This document shows, in pieces, positions 1 to 12,479 of a stretch of 64,000 bases of DNA; the stretch's first letter is position 1, and each line of letters starts with the position of its first letter. The notes beneath the pieces are model-generated. The model was not told where the DNA came from. It was given only the letters and a program-made list of their open reading frames with translations, and made no database searches. A program made the translations under genes and the position numbers. Source of the stretch: Octopus sinensis (lineage: Eukaryota); the NCBI RefSeq assembly GCF_006345805.1, contig NC_042997.1, positions 27,776,001 to 27,840,000 on the forward strand, written 5' to 3'.

Positions 1-858
1 TAATAATCGGAAGGAGCGATATCTGCAGTTTATGCATCGATTTCAGTGATTTCGACGGTTTGGACGGCCGTAAGTAGGCGTACATTTTTGCACAATAATA
101 GCCAAAACTATAGACCTCGGCGTTTGGAGCAAATTGCTGGTTTAAGTCTGTTGGTAAACATTTCTCTGTAGCTGGAGGTTGTAGACCCATTCTCGGTAGA
201 CTTCCATTACAGGCCCTTCTTTAAACGGTTAGGTTCACTATTTCAGCGGAAGTTTGTGTCTTGAATTTATTTTTCTTTGGTTATTCTGAGTGATTCCACT
301 CCATACTCTGCCTTTTGGATTCTGACGCAAAGCGATGAACCCATAATTCCCCTCCTGCGACTATTCTCTCTAAAAAAGCTTCGCTGTCATAGTAGGACCG
401 GTTGTGTAAGCGTTGAAAGACCTGCACACAGTTGTGCAGCCAATTTAGTACCCATCTCACATAGACTTTACGGACGCGAAGCTTGTGGTGTATGATTTCG
501 TACGCAGACACATAACTAATTTGCAGAAAACATGCCACATCATTATTCGCTTGAGTCACATACGCGCTTGTTGGATTTTCACGTTAGTGGTGGAGGTCGA
601 CGAGCATATCGCACCTAAAGCCTGCGATGTATTTCACCTCTCGACATATCTTCAGACAATAAAATCGGGTTACAATTCTCTGTTCTTCCTAGGAGTGTAC
701 TGCCAGCGGAATGAGAAAGAAAAGTAAAGTGAATAAAGTCAAACTCGGTTTCACAACCACAAGAATAATACCTTTAAGCATGCAAGTGCTGAATGCAGTG
801 TAAGCCAATCTAAAGAAAGTTTTGATGAAAGTGTAGTTAAATTTTGGCTTCCCCTCGT
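1..858 (-). mobile_element. Decayed mariner (Tc1/mariner, DD34D-type) transposon, 5' ~two thirds; runs off window start
   Basis: ORF 281-559 (-) reads ..SAYEIIHHKLRVRKVYVRWV..FLERIVAGGELWVHRFASESKRQSMEW.., matching mariner WVP and TGDETW..YEPESKRQSMEW motifs; further frameshifted matches (KFKTQTSA, LKPAICSKRRG) to position 1; mariner-type terminus CGAGGGGAAGCCAAAATT at ~840-857 (-). Confidence 0.9.
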
Positions 859-870
859 CTCTCTCTCTCT

Positions 871-936
<66 letters not shown>

Positions 937-969
937 ACACACACATACACACACACATATATATATACA
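859..969. repeat. Compound microsatellite (CT)n(CA)n(TA)n
   Basis: Directly visible; source of the VCVC and YIYI ORFs. Confidence 0.95.
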
Positions 970-970
970 T

Positions 971-1111
971 AGGTGTAGGATTGGCTGTGCAGTTCCGGGT
1001 TCAGTCCCACTGCGTTGCACCTTCTACTATAGCCTCGGGCCGACCAGAGACTTGCGAGTGGATTAGATATGGTAGACGGAAACTGAAAGAACCCCGTCGT
1101 ATATATGTATA

Positions 1112-1185
<74 letters not shown>

Positions 1186-1396
1186 TGTGTGTGTGTTTGT
1201 ATATCTGTGTTTGTCCCCCCCAACATTGCTTGAAAACCGACGCTGTTTGCGTTCCCGCAACTTAGTTATTCGGCAAAAGACAATGATAGAGTAAGTACTA
1301 GGCTTACAAAGAATAAGTCCTGGGGTCGATTTGCTCTACTAAAGACGGTGCCCCAGCATGGCCACAGTCAAATGATTGAAATAAGTAAAAGAGTAA
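971..1396 (+). mobile_element. SINE family A (tRNA-like head, internal microsatellite), partly deleted head
   Basis: GGTTCAGTCCCACTGCG B-box-like head, GGTAGACGGAAACTGAAAGAA core, internal (TA)n/(TG)n, tail CAGCATGGCC.CAGTCAAATGA.TGAAA.AAGTAAAAGAG shared with copies at 37238 and 48371. Confidence 0.9.
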
Positions 1397-1403
1397 TATA
1401 TAT

Positions 1404-1791
1404 AGGCACAGGCGTGGCTTTGTGATAAGAAGCTACATGCCACTTAGGGTATGTGTCTTCTACTATAGCCACGGGTCGGCCAAACCTTGTGAGTAGATTT
1501 GGTAGACGGAAACTGAAAGAAGCTCGTCATCTATATATGTATTTGTGTATTGTCTTTGTGTATTGTCATATATATATATGTATTTGTGTATTGTGTATTG
1601 TCATATATATATGTATTTGTGTTTGTCTTTCAGCCTGTGTTGTTCCCCCATCACCGCATCACAATCGGTATTGTCAATCGGCAAAAGAAACTACATTAAG
1701 AAAAATATAAGTACTGGGTTGATTTGTTCGACTAAAACACTTCAAGGCGATGCTCCAGCATGGTCCCAGTCAAATGACTGAAACAAGAATA
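1404..1791 (+). mobile_element. SINE family A, older copy in tandem with the previous one
   Basis: Same core (GGTAGACGGAAACTGAAAGAAGC) and tail (CCAGCATGGTCCCAGTCAAATGACTGAAACAAG). Confidence 0.85.
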
Positions 1792-2226
1792 TATTTTCGA
1801 TCGAATCACCAACGCGTTAATACAGGATCACCTAACAACAATGTAAACTTCATGTAACCAAGGTATCCATGGCCTGAAGAGTAGCTTGCAGCCTCCTCCA
1901 CGTTTGGGTACTTTACTACTTCCAAAGTTCCGCTATCTATGAAGCATATGGAGCCTGGATTTTATCTACTTAATTGCCTAATTTTTGAATGTATATTCGC
2001 ATATACAATAACTCCTGTTGCTAACCGTGAACTATAACATTAACATTTTTGTTTTACCTTATCGTACTTCGATACGGGAACAATTCACAACCATCTTCGC
2101 CAATAGATCACCACTGCTGCTGAAAGTTGTTTTCTATATCTTCTACGGATTGCTTGAAGCTCACTAACTTCCTACAACTTGATCTTTGGATCTTACCTTT
2201 ACACCTCCCACACATCAGTATATCTA

Positions 2227-2239
2227 TAGTTATCCATCC

Positions 2240-2321
<82 letters not shown>

Positions 2322-2324
2322 ATT

Positions 2325-2411
<87 letters not shown>
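2227..2411. repeat. Compound microsatellite (TATC)n(CA)n(TA)n
   Basis: Directly visible. Confidence 0.95.
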
Positions 2412-2415
<4 letters not shown>

Positions 2416-2714
2416 GAAATGAAGAAAATGCTGACAAAATAATTTAAGTAAGGGAGAGTGTATTTAATTAGGTGAAAGTTCTTTTTACCGGTTGCGCATT
2501 TGTTATGCTTATCAAAAGATATTTTTTAAGAGAGATAGAGTTCCTTTCTGATAGATAAGAGAAAAAAAATCTATCAGAAAGGAACTCTATCTCTCTTAAA
2601 AAAATATCTTTTGATAAGCGTAACAAATGCGCAACCGGTAAAAAGAACTTTCACCTAATTAAATACACTCTCCCTTACTTAAATTATTTTGTCAGCATTT
2701 TCTTCATTTCCTTT
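2412..2714. repeat. Near-perfect palindrome (fold-back element) embedded in (TA)n
   Basis: Arms 2412-2556 and 2569-2714 are reverse complements with one substitution and one 1-nt indel (counted by eye); 12-nt loop AAGAGAAAAAAA. Confidence 0.97.
2481..2521 (-). ncRNA. Hammerhead-ribozyme-like motif (minimal type I, U3-A8 core, GCAA instead of GAAA); mirrored on + at ~2605-2645
   Basis: Minus strand reads TATCTT-TTGATAA-GCAT(AACAA)ATGC-GCAA-CCGG-T-A-AAAAG; stem II 4 bp, palindromic ACCGGT stem III; stem I only partly paired. Confidence 0.45.
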
Positions 2715-2751
2715 TTTATATATCACAACTCGTGTTCCACATCTCCTTTTT

Positions 2752-2828
<77 letters not shown>

Positions 2829-4059
2829 ATATATATTGTTATATTTCGGAATGGTCATTTTGCCAGTTTAGCCAATAAATATATAGATGATGCAAGTTTT
2901 TTTTTTTCATTTTTACACACGCGCATATTAGGAAATAGATATATCTTATCACAGATATAATTCCAGTGAATATATGAAAATGATTAATTAGTAATGCATG
3001 TGACAGCTAATTTCCTATTTATTTTCTGTTCTTAGATAATTTTCTTCATACGATTTTGGACCATCAGTTGTCGTTTTATAGAAAACATATTCTCGCTCAT
3101 ACGTTCACACAAATATAAGCAGTAGCGTATGGTGGTAGTTGTTTTGAGTGTGATGCCACACTCAATGCCACCAAATTTGAAGCAGGGGTATAACAAAAGA
3201 TTCCCATTAAGATTTGTGATTAAATTAATGAGTAATGTTAACGTTTATAACGAAATTGCCATTTTCGATGGGTGTGCAGCGAACACCTAACACACTCGAA
3301 ATATACGCACCTGGATATAAGCAAACCCTGAATTATACATATTGTAATGTAAACAAGTAGACCGACAATTAAATACAAATGTGTTCTTCCTCAGATTGCA
3401 AATAAAATGTAGGATAATCCATTAAAAGATAAAAATATTATAAAGAGTCATGATAGGGAACATTGTCTGCCTTCTTGCATCTATGTTCCAATCAAGCAGT
3501 ATCACTATGCAGTCTCTCGAACAGTTGAAAATAGAACCCGAAGCTACCTCAAACCATATCCTACTGTCTCACAAAAGAAGGCTATGACCCCTAAAATTCT
3601 GGGATGGTCTTGACTTGAAAGCTCTTGATGATAGGTCAGTTTAATCATGGTTGATGGGAACTAAAATTGAGTAATAAAGCTGGCAGACACCTATTTATTA
3701 TCATCCATCATCTATCGATAAAATTATTAGCGCTGATATACAAGATATAGTGATTATATTTTAATTTGAATCACCCGTCTGGTATTTATGTAAAATAACC
3801 AAATTTTTCTGTATTATGAAGAGGAGTAGTTAATAGAAACGTATTTGTACAAAGTTAAATAATCGATTTGTCTAATGCGGTGCTGTTTCCATTCTACTGA
3901 CGTAAAAAAAAAAAGAATTACTACACCGAAATGTACAGTTGGTGTGATATATCAGTTGGGGTTTAAACGATTCTTCTCCGATGGCTTTTGAAAAGATAAC
4001 AAAATGAAATTAAAACAGAAGGTCATGAACTCGACCAATTAATCAAAAACCAGAACCTA

Positions 4060-4105
4060 GAGAAGTAGTGTGCACACAGCGAGAGGTGCAACTTACTTTT
4101 ATAGC
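4060..4105 (-). promoter_or_regulatory. Candidate TATA core promoter
   Basis: GCTATAAAAG on minus (plus 4096-4105), with CA/pyrimidine initiator-like CACACTACTTC about 32 nt downstream, in a locally CpG-retaining unique stretch; no downstream gene verified. Confidence 0.25.
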
Positions 4106-4927
4106 CTCATCCGCTGTGTTTCAATAGGCAGATAAAATAGTGGCGCCTACCTACTCTCCAGGGTTGGTTAGCTATTTCCTTCGCTACCTGTGCTCTATCG
4201 CCCTTTGACAAGCTTTATTTTTAATCCTGCTAATTCTCACACACCTCTTCATCCAGTAAACTTGAAGTTGGCCGTTTTCTCGCCAACCGCTCGACACACA
4301 GAGAAACTGTTGCTACACAATACTGTTGCAACGATACTGAGACAATTTTAAGAGCTTAAGAAAAGCAAAAAAAAAAAAAAAATAAAGAACATAAACAAAA
4401 CGAAAAATTCACTGATATTAACAATTTGGATAGACATTTGTTTAGAAGCAAAATGATATTCACAGCTGTTTTCTTCCCCACATTACCGCCTTCTTCATAG
4501 ATAATGTTAAGAGATTTCTTTTCTTACTTTTTTCCACATATTTATCTAATTTCTGATAGGATAGTCTTATTAGATAAACGTCCAGAAATCAACTAAAAAT
4601 AAATGCGCATCATACTAAAATGATATCCACCAAGAAGCGTAAATTACTTACCACCTATTGAATCGAAAAAGATGGGTGTAGTCTATAAATAAGATACGAG
4701 TTAGTCTGACAAGTAGTATGACGCAAAGAAAATCAAATTTACAAACGCCACCGTTTCCCCAAGAATTTACGATATCAAACATCAGTACTCAGTAATTGGT
4801 GCAATGGAATCATGCAGTATACAAATAAATCTATATATTAATTTCATGCTTTAATTCCTTGCATGTAGCAGTTTAAGCGTGTTTAAGCCTGTTATCTTTT
4901 ATGTATTGTTTCTTGAGGCAGAGAAGT

Positions 4928-5310
4928 GGAGGCGCAATAGCCCAGTGGTTAGGGCAGCGGACTTGCGGTCGTAGGATCGCGGTTTCGATTCCCAGACCGG
5001 GCGTTGTGAGTGTTTATTGAGCGAAAACACCTAAAGCTACACGAGGCTCCGGCAAGGGATGGTGGTGATCCCTGCTGTACTCTTTCACCACAACATTTCT
5101 CTCACTCTTACTTCCTGTTTCTGTTGTACTTGTATTTCAAAGGGCCGGCCTTGTCACTCTCTGTGCCACGCTGAATATCCCCGAGAACTACGTTAAGGGT
5201 AAACGTGACTGTGGAGTGCTCAGCCACTTACACGTTAATTTCACGAGTAGGCTGTCCGTTGATCGGATCAACCGGAACCCTCATCGTCGTAACCGACGGA
5301 GTGCTTCCAC
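4928..5310 (+). mobile_element. SINE family B, head type B1, tail type 1 (full length)
   Basis: tRNA-like head GGAGGCGCAATAGCCCAGTGGTTAGGGCAG (A box) ... GGTTTCGATTCCC (B box); 3' ~180 bp shared with the 8665-8988 copy. Confidence 0.92.
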
Positions 5311-5940
5311 ACTTGAAGCAGATCAGCGACTTAGCTAATGTTTAACATTTTTTACACATGAGAATCGCATACTCAAGCTAACGCAAAATCATTATGCCTG
5401 GTACGTTCCTTCTTACTACAAAATGAGCTATATTTGTAAGATAAACGCATTAAATCACTCATTCACAGGTTGAGGGTGAGGAGATAAACAGCATGTCGGC
5501 TATTTCAGCCTTAACTCTTACAGACTCAACAACTTAGCCAGGGTAATTGATTTTTTTATGCTTTTATTAGATAAATGCTGGAGCCAATATGTGTTACCCT
5601 TTAGAGATGTAATAAGTGTTACCCTTCAGATATATAACCAGTATAGGGCCAGTTCGCCTTGCCGAGAATTGTGTGTACTACAGGTGTTGGCAAGGAAACT
5701 ATGTGGTCAGTTTTCAAATCCTTAACATATATGCTTCACTTCCCTCACTAGTTACAGATATATCGCCAAATATATTTATCCTTATTACCACTTCGTGCTT
5801 TATTATAGATCAATTTGTTCTGTAAGTGTTACGTAAAATTTTGAGAAGAGATTGTAACACCACAATCAATATTTCTTCCTTTATGGAGAAAAGAACACCA
5901 TGAACGCTAAGATTTTCTTCATGACGCAACGTAACCAATT

Positions 5941-5942
<2 letters not shown>

Positions 5943-6016
<74 letters not shown>
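5943..6016. repeat. (GA)n microsatellite
   Basis: Directly visible. Confidence 0.95.
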
Positions 6017-6020
<4 letters not shown>

Positions 6021-7640
6021 GAGAGAGGAGGGGTACAAGAATATGTGAAAAAAGAAATGAAGGGAGAAGAGAGTGTGTGATGGAAGAGAAGGGAGTGGTA
6101 CTTCATTTAACAATAGTGTAATGATGGAAAGCAAAGTGGAAAACTTCGGGATATGAAATCCGAATATAGGAAGCCGGAGCCAGAACAGATATCACAAAGC
6201 AGTTCATCCGATACTCAAACATACTGCAAAGCCGGCACCTCTAGAAAGAAAGATATAATTATGTAAAGCTTTTCCCAGTTGTGATCCTTGATGTAGGTTT
6301 CACTTCACACCTGGAGCATGTTCACTTCACTTTGGTAGGTAATACATGCAAAGAAAAAAAAAAAGCTTAAATATCACCCTGCATCAAAATATTTTAAATG
6401 CTAGAGAAATTTTTTATATTCACCATTGATAGCATTTTCATATCAGTTATGTTGGTGAGTGGTACGAAATTAGCAGAGGTTTGTTCCGGATGAAGTCATT
6501 TTTGTTTTCCTATTTGCTGCTAAGTGGAAATTGCGGACTTAGTAACTATTCAGACTTGTGTGTAGGTGCGATGTTTCTCTTAGCTTTGTATTAGTGCTAT
6601 CTAAGAATTTTTAAGACACGGTACTTGCAAAGAAGCCCAAGGTCAGTATGCGTACTGCTACAAGTATTTAGATAAGAATTCAGTGGTTGCCCCCTTATGT
6701 TTATCCTGCAAGTACTCATACTGGGAATAGGTTTTATTATAAGGGCTTGTAAAAGACATGACTACTGCCACTCCTCCATCGACCCACAAAAGTTAAACAA
6801 CAAAATACATAATAAATAAATGAATGGATCTCATTAATATTACATGTTTGCTCACCTAACATTTCGTTTCTTATTTCCAGCATCCACCAACAAAACATTA
6901 AGTATGTTCTCTTTCTCTTATCGATAAATAATATAGCAACAATCGGAAAAAGGAATATGTTAAGTGAACACTCCATTTGAAGTATGTATTTCTTTTCGCC
7001 ATTCTTCGCAGCAAGTTATGGCTAAGAAAATCTTAACATGAGTATTTACATACCACTCGACGTTTCTTATGTAACCGAGAAAATACACACATGCACACAC
7101 ACACACACGCGCACACACACACACGCGCACACACACACGCACACACACACAAACACACACACACACACGCACACACACACACACGCACACACACACACAG
7201 ACACACACACACACACACAGAGAGAAGGATAGATTTCTCTTGAGTGGAGTTTCCTTAGCTTCAGTCAATAGATTTGGCTTGGTTATTTATTTCTAACGCT
7301 ATCGTGCTAGCCTGGATCAATAACAATAAAACATGAGAACCATTGCTATAATGGTTGTCTAGTACCACTGTGTGTAGCATTGACTTATACATGGAACCTA
7401 TAGAGAATCTAAATAATATCGATTTATACACAAAGCACAGAGAGACTGAATAGTGATATAAGGTTTAAAAATCACAAATGCTATCCACCAAACTTCGTAA
7501 TGTTTAATTTTCTTCTGTGAAAAACTTAGTAAATATTAATCTTAGGTTGTACATTTGTGAAAAGTTATTTGATCTGAGATGATGCGGTACAACTAATGTA
7601 ATTACTTGGTCATACAAACACTGAAGCCACTATTTGTCTG

Positions 7641-7714
<74 letters not shown>

Positions 7715-7728
7715 CATCCATCCATCCA

Positions 7729-7785
<57 letters not shown>

Positions 7786-7959
7786 CTATCAGCATTATTC
7801 ATCTTTATGTCTGTGTGCGTGCGCACGCGTCTGTCCTTCGTCATCTCTGTGATTATTGGTCGTCTACTCTGCATCATGTTTGTTTATATGCATGTTTATC
7901 GGTGTCTGTTTGTACACACACTCATACATACACACAGAAACGCACTTGTATATATATAG

Positions 7960-8082
7960 GTGAAGGTGCGTGGCTTAGTGGTTCAATCCCTGGCGACGCG
8001 GTTTGTCCTTGAGCAAGGCTACGCGTTTAGGGTACGCGTGTATGTGGAGTGCTCAGCCACTTGGACGCTGATTTCACGACGA
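7960..8082 (+). mobile_element. SINE family B (B2 head, tail 1) with two internal deletions
   Basis: GTGCGTGGCTTAGTGG..TCAATCCCTGGCGACGCG..GTCCTTGAGCAAG joined to GGGTAC.CGTG..TGTGGAGTGCTCAGCCACTT..TTTCACGA, collinear with 8665-8988. Confidence 0.75.
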
Positions 8083-8664
8083 AGTGCCATGCATGTATGT
8101 ATATATGTAAGGAAATGTTGAAAGTAATTCTTTCTAAAAATTAATATAACTCCACAAACATAACATTAATATGTATGTGGCAGAATTTACTGCAACCTTT
8201 AAGTAATAATACAACAGAAAAGAAGACCTCTTTTGGATTACGTGAAGGAGAATTTAAGGAGAATATATATATATATAAACATATATGCATGTACGTATAT
8301 ATGAATGCATGTCTATATATATGTGTATACATACATACACACATACACACACACATATATATATATACATATATACACATAAATACATATATATGCATAT
8401 ATTAGGCCAAGCCTGTTCAGTAGCATAATACGCTCGAGTTTCCCTGGGGTGCAACTGGTTCATTAGACAGATTAACATTAGGTGGGTGGATGCGGTACAT
8501 CAAACGAACTGCGAAAGGGATTGACAATAGGGCGTATATGAATTGTTATGCACACACACACGGATACATAAACACATATATGTATACATATGTTATATAT
8601 GCATTTATAATGATTGTATGCATTTGCTCTGTTTTAGTCAGAAGTGGAATGTCATCACTAATTA

Positions 8665-8988
8665 AAGACTCCGCCGGTTACGACGACGAGGGTCCCAGCT
8701 GATACGATCAACGGAACAGCTTGCTCGTGAAATTAACGTGCAAATGGCTGAGCATTCCACAGACACGTGTACCCTTAACGTAGTTCTCGGGGATAATCAG
8801 CGTGACACAGAGAGTGACAAGGCTGACCCTTTGAAATACAAGTACAACTCATTTTTGCCAGCTGAGTGGACTGGAGCAACGTGAAATAAAGTGTCTTGCT
8901 CAAGGACACAACGCGTCGCCGGGAATCGAACTCACAACCTTACGATCATGAGCCGAATGCCCTAACCACTAAGCCACGCGCCCTCACT
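8665..8988 (-). mobile_element. SINE family B, head type B2, tail type 1, with 13-bp target-site duplication
   Basis: Minus strand head GGGCGCGTGGCTTAGTGGTTAGGG...GAGTTCGATTCCC; TGTGTCCTTGAGCAAGACACT central motif; TCATCACTAATTA directly repeated at 8652-8664 and 8989-9001. Confidence 0.95.
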
Positions 8989-10601
8989 TCATCACTAATT
9001 ATATTACTGTAGGTTATCCACGACAGTTGAAGGAAAGCAATCAATAAAGGCTGATGATTAAGCTTCAAAACCATACACGTTGTTCAAATTCTTTCTCATA
9101 GCCCAATACGTGATGTTATTTTGAGTGATATGTCGACAGTGTAAGTCTACCACCTAAGAAAGGGTATATTCTATTCGAAATATTTCTGCACGATGTCTGC
9201 CGAACAAAAAACTTGAGACGGTCACGAATCCACTCACACAAACTAAAACACGCTCTCACTTTATTAGTTTCAGTTACTGAGCCCTGGCCATGAGAGGTAG
9301 TGCCCTCAATAGTGAACCACGGTCCAATAATTATCGAAAAGCTATGTTACCGCATGTGGCATAAAGGATGCAATTCAGCACTGCAATGAATATATGCACA
9401 AATAATGAGACACACAGATAGACGTAAACTGAAACACATATATAAATTCATTACTTATAATGTCTACCTGCACTAAAAATCTGAAGGCCAATTGTTAATC
9501 ATACTAAGATTGAATTATCATAGCTAGAATAAAGCTAAGAAAAGCTATGGTGCAACATGCTGTTTATATATTATACGGCAATCTCTCTCATCTTAAGTTA
9601 CCTCGTAAAACGCCATGGAACTTGTGAGCGATTTTGTTTGATAATCAGCCTCAAGACAAACATCAAGAAGATGCAATATATAGGTATCTTCAACACAGGT
9701 GTCTTCAAGACATTGGTATCTTTAAAGCAGCATGTTATAGATTGTAACGCTGCTGCATGAAGACCAGAAGTAAAATATAGAAGTAGGGCATGAATTTCAA
9801 TATGTTAGATCCACTGTTACAATTCTTTACATGCAGATCTCAAGAAGCATATCAGCAAAGCAGCTATAATCTCAAAATCTAAGAAACTCAACGGAGTGTC
9901 TAGTAATTTTGGTGCGTATATGATCTTTTTTTCAGCAATTTGTGGAGACATTTGTTTTATAAGAACATGTATTTCACTCATTGCATGAGGTGTCTGTACA
10001 GAATCCTTTGGGTAAAATTGCCAAATAGTAGCAGTAGCACCGAATTTCTATGCTATGCATTCCAGCCACGTTTGTTTACTTGTGCAACAGATAACGTTGA
10101 TGGTTTGTAAATGTGTGACATAGATTAAAACTGTATAATCTGGCATTACAGAATTAACAAGCATCTTGCACGAATGGCAATGATCACTCCCATATGCAAT
10201 ACAAACATGTGCATAGCTTGACATGAGAGTAGTTAATATCAAATGAAATGTAACATAGGAAGTAGTAGCAGACGAAAGAATCCCATAGGAACAGCAAATA
10301 CCACAAAGACTGAAGAGCAGAGAAGGAAAATTCAAAAGACCCGAACAAACCCGAGTAAGTTGCGTTCTCATTAGCAGCGTGCAATATGACATGCAACATC
10401 CGTACGACTTATGAATTTGTTTTGTAAGATTTCTGATGTGAAATCGTGTGCTGAAACAGGTATTGTTTTATTTCGGGAGGGTCATTTTTTACTTGCCAAA
10501 TAAACATACGCACTATATATTCGCTCTTCACCCGTTTATTATTATTTTTATATTATCTCGTGTCCATTATCTGGAAATTTTTCTTCACACACCTGTGACA
10601 T

Positions 10602-10632
<31 letters not shown>

Positions 10633-10842
10633 CATACATACATACATACACACGTACACACATACTTACACACACACACATGTAGATATATAATCTCTCT
10701 CTCACTATTTCTCTCTCTATATAAATATAAATATAAATATAAATATATATATATATGTAGGTGGAAGTAGCACAGAAGTAGATCTAAGAATTTTCAATTT
10801 AAAAATGAATTGAATAAAATTAGTTAAAAATTATATAAAGAA

Positions 10843-10885
10843 AATATTACCGGTTTCGATGGTGAGTCTTATCTTATCAAATATC
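10843..10885 (-). ncRNA. Minimal type I hammerhead ribozyme motif, U3-A8 covariant core
   Basis: Minus strand: GATAT-TTGATAA-GAT(AAGACTCACC)ATC-GAAA-CCGG-T-A-ATATT. Stem I 5 bp, stem II, GAAA, palindromic ACCGGT stem III, GUA cleavage triplet. Confidence 0.7.
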
Positions 10886-11014
10886 AGTAAAAATTTATGA
10901 GCATTTGAAGTAAAAATTTGAAGTAAAATCTTCTGTCTGGGGGTCAAAAACATGTTTTTGATCTCCAGACAGAAGATAAACTGTTTTTACTTCAAATTTT
11001 CATAAGATTTTACT

Positions 11015-11056
11015 GATATTTGATAGGACGAGATTCATCATCAAACCGGTAATATC
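11015..11056 (+). ncRNA. Decayed mirror copy of the hammerhead motif
   Basis: GATAT-TTGATAG-GACGA(GATTCA)TCATC-AAA-CCGG-T-A-ATATC; G12 lost, A9 changed to G. Confidence 0.55.
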
Positions 11057-12479
11057 TTCTTCATATAATTTTTAAGCAATTTTATTAAATTCCTTTTTAA
11101 ATTGAAATGTCTTAGATCTACAACTGTGCTATTTCCACCTCCATTTTTTACATATAAAAATTTGATTTTTATAAATCTCTAATTTTTTCAATTACATATA
11201 TGCATACACACAGACACAGACACAGACACAGACACACACACACACACACACACATGCACACACACACACACACACACACACTTACAATATCTATATGTGT
11301 CTGCGTAAGTGTGCGTATATCAACATAAATTATGGCGCAAAGAATTCCACTAACAAAAAATAAGTCATTAGTATATACTGTAGTATATATTGTAGTAGCC
11401 ATTAGTATATATTATCCCATTTATTCTAAGATAAAGCTTCATTAATTATTATTCTGAATATTACGCCATTGATCTACGAACTGCAATGGAGTAAACATTC
11501 TCTTTTTGTTCCTCAGCAACGTAAACCAAAGATGGATATAAATACATGTAGGGTGCTTAAAAAGAGTCCTTAGCATGCTCATATGCCTTCATATATATGC
11601 ATATCTACATATATGTTTAAATACATAAACATTGAAATGTATGCAGACACACATCTACGCACAGATACACTTTACAGAAACACAAGTACCTGCACGCACA
11701 CACCCATATGTATAGGAAAGTATAATGAGGTAGACATTGTGAAATAAATGTGATGATGTGTATAAGTCAAGAGACCATATAGGAAATATATAGTGAAAAT
11801 TTATACAACAGTTACAGATCGATATGCGAATTTCTTGAATATAGCATAGTAGCTATATTCACTAGTGGCTATGTAGTTACATATAACCTGTATACCTAAG
11901 GAGTTGGGGAAAACGATATGGGAAAAAATGATCAAATACGTGTCAATTGATCGATGTAATAGCTTCCAGGAATTTGAATTTTCCTGATGTAAAAAATGGC
12001 GCAGGAATAAAGGCTGCGTAGGTAGAAAGGGATGGATACCTTAACCCTTTTCAAGTATAATGAATAAAAGTGTATTCCAGCGTCCGTGAGAGAGAGAGAG
12101 AGAGAAAAAACTTTATAAGTTTTGATTATATGCACAACTGATTAACGTCGTGCCATTGAACATCTATGGTTGTATGATGCAGTAATGTTGCTAGGTAGAT
12201 GTTAATTGATTTATTAATAGCATAAAACAAATTAGGTTCAAATAAAATGACTGATAAAATAATGAAAGAGATATTCAAAATCAATGACTTTGATTTCATT
12301 CTCAGCAGTTAAAGTGTTTTAATTGATACTTGATTATCATTCCTGAATATGTTTGTTATCACGTAATAGTATTACGTTAAGAATCAAATTAACACCTAAC
12401 CTCTACACAGATTTAAATATTCTCAACTAATAACTAGCTTGCAATTTTATTGGAGTTTGCAGACTGTGCTTCAAGAGAT

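Larger units (their letters stand above)
10757..11141. mobile_element. Imperfect fold-back element in (TA)n, one hammerhead-like motif per arm (Penelope-like derivative, inferred)
   Basis: Arms ~190 bp reverse complementary about the centre AAAAACATGTTTTT (~10946-10959), e.g. GTGGAAGTAGCACAGAAGTAGATCTAAGA vs TCTTAGATCTACAACTGTGCTATTTCCAC. Confidence 0.88.

Noticed and set aside
1800-2170. Minus-strand GTLEVVKYPNVEEAA resembling the ORF1-like GTVEVRFGNEEDA at 63.8 kb
   Set aside because: A single short match amid stops; too weak to call a LINE fragment.
5630-5710. Possible small exon (YITSIGPVRLAENCVYYRCWQGNYV) after CCCTTCAG
   Set aside because: Weak donor, no partner exons and no recognised family.
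6120-6245. Minus-strand RCRLC..SVLAPASYIR resembling an RLE zinc knuckle
   Set aside because: The His/Cys ligands and flanking motifs are not recoverable.
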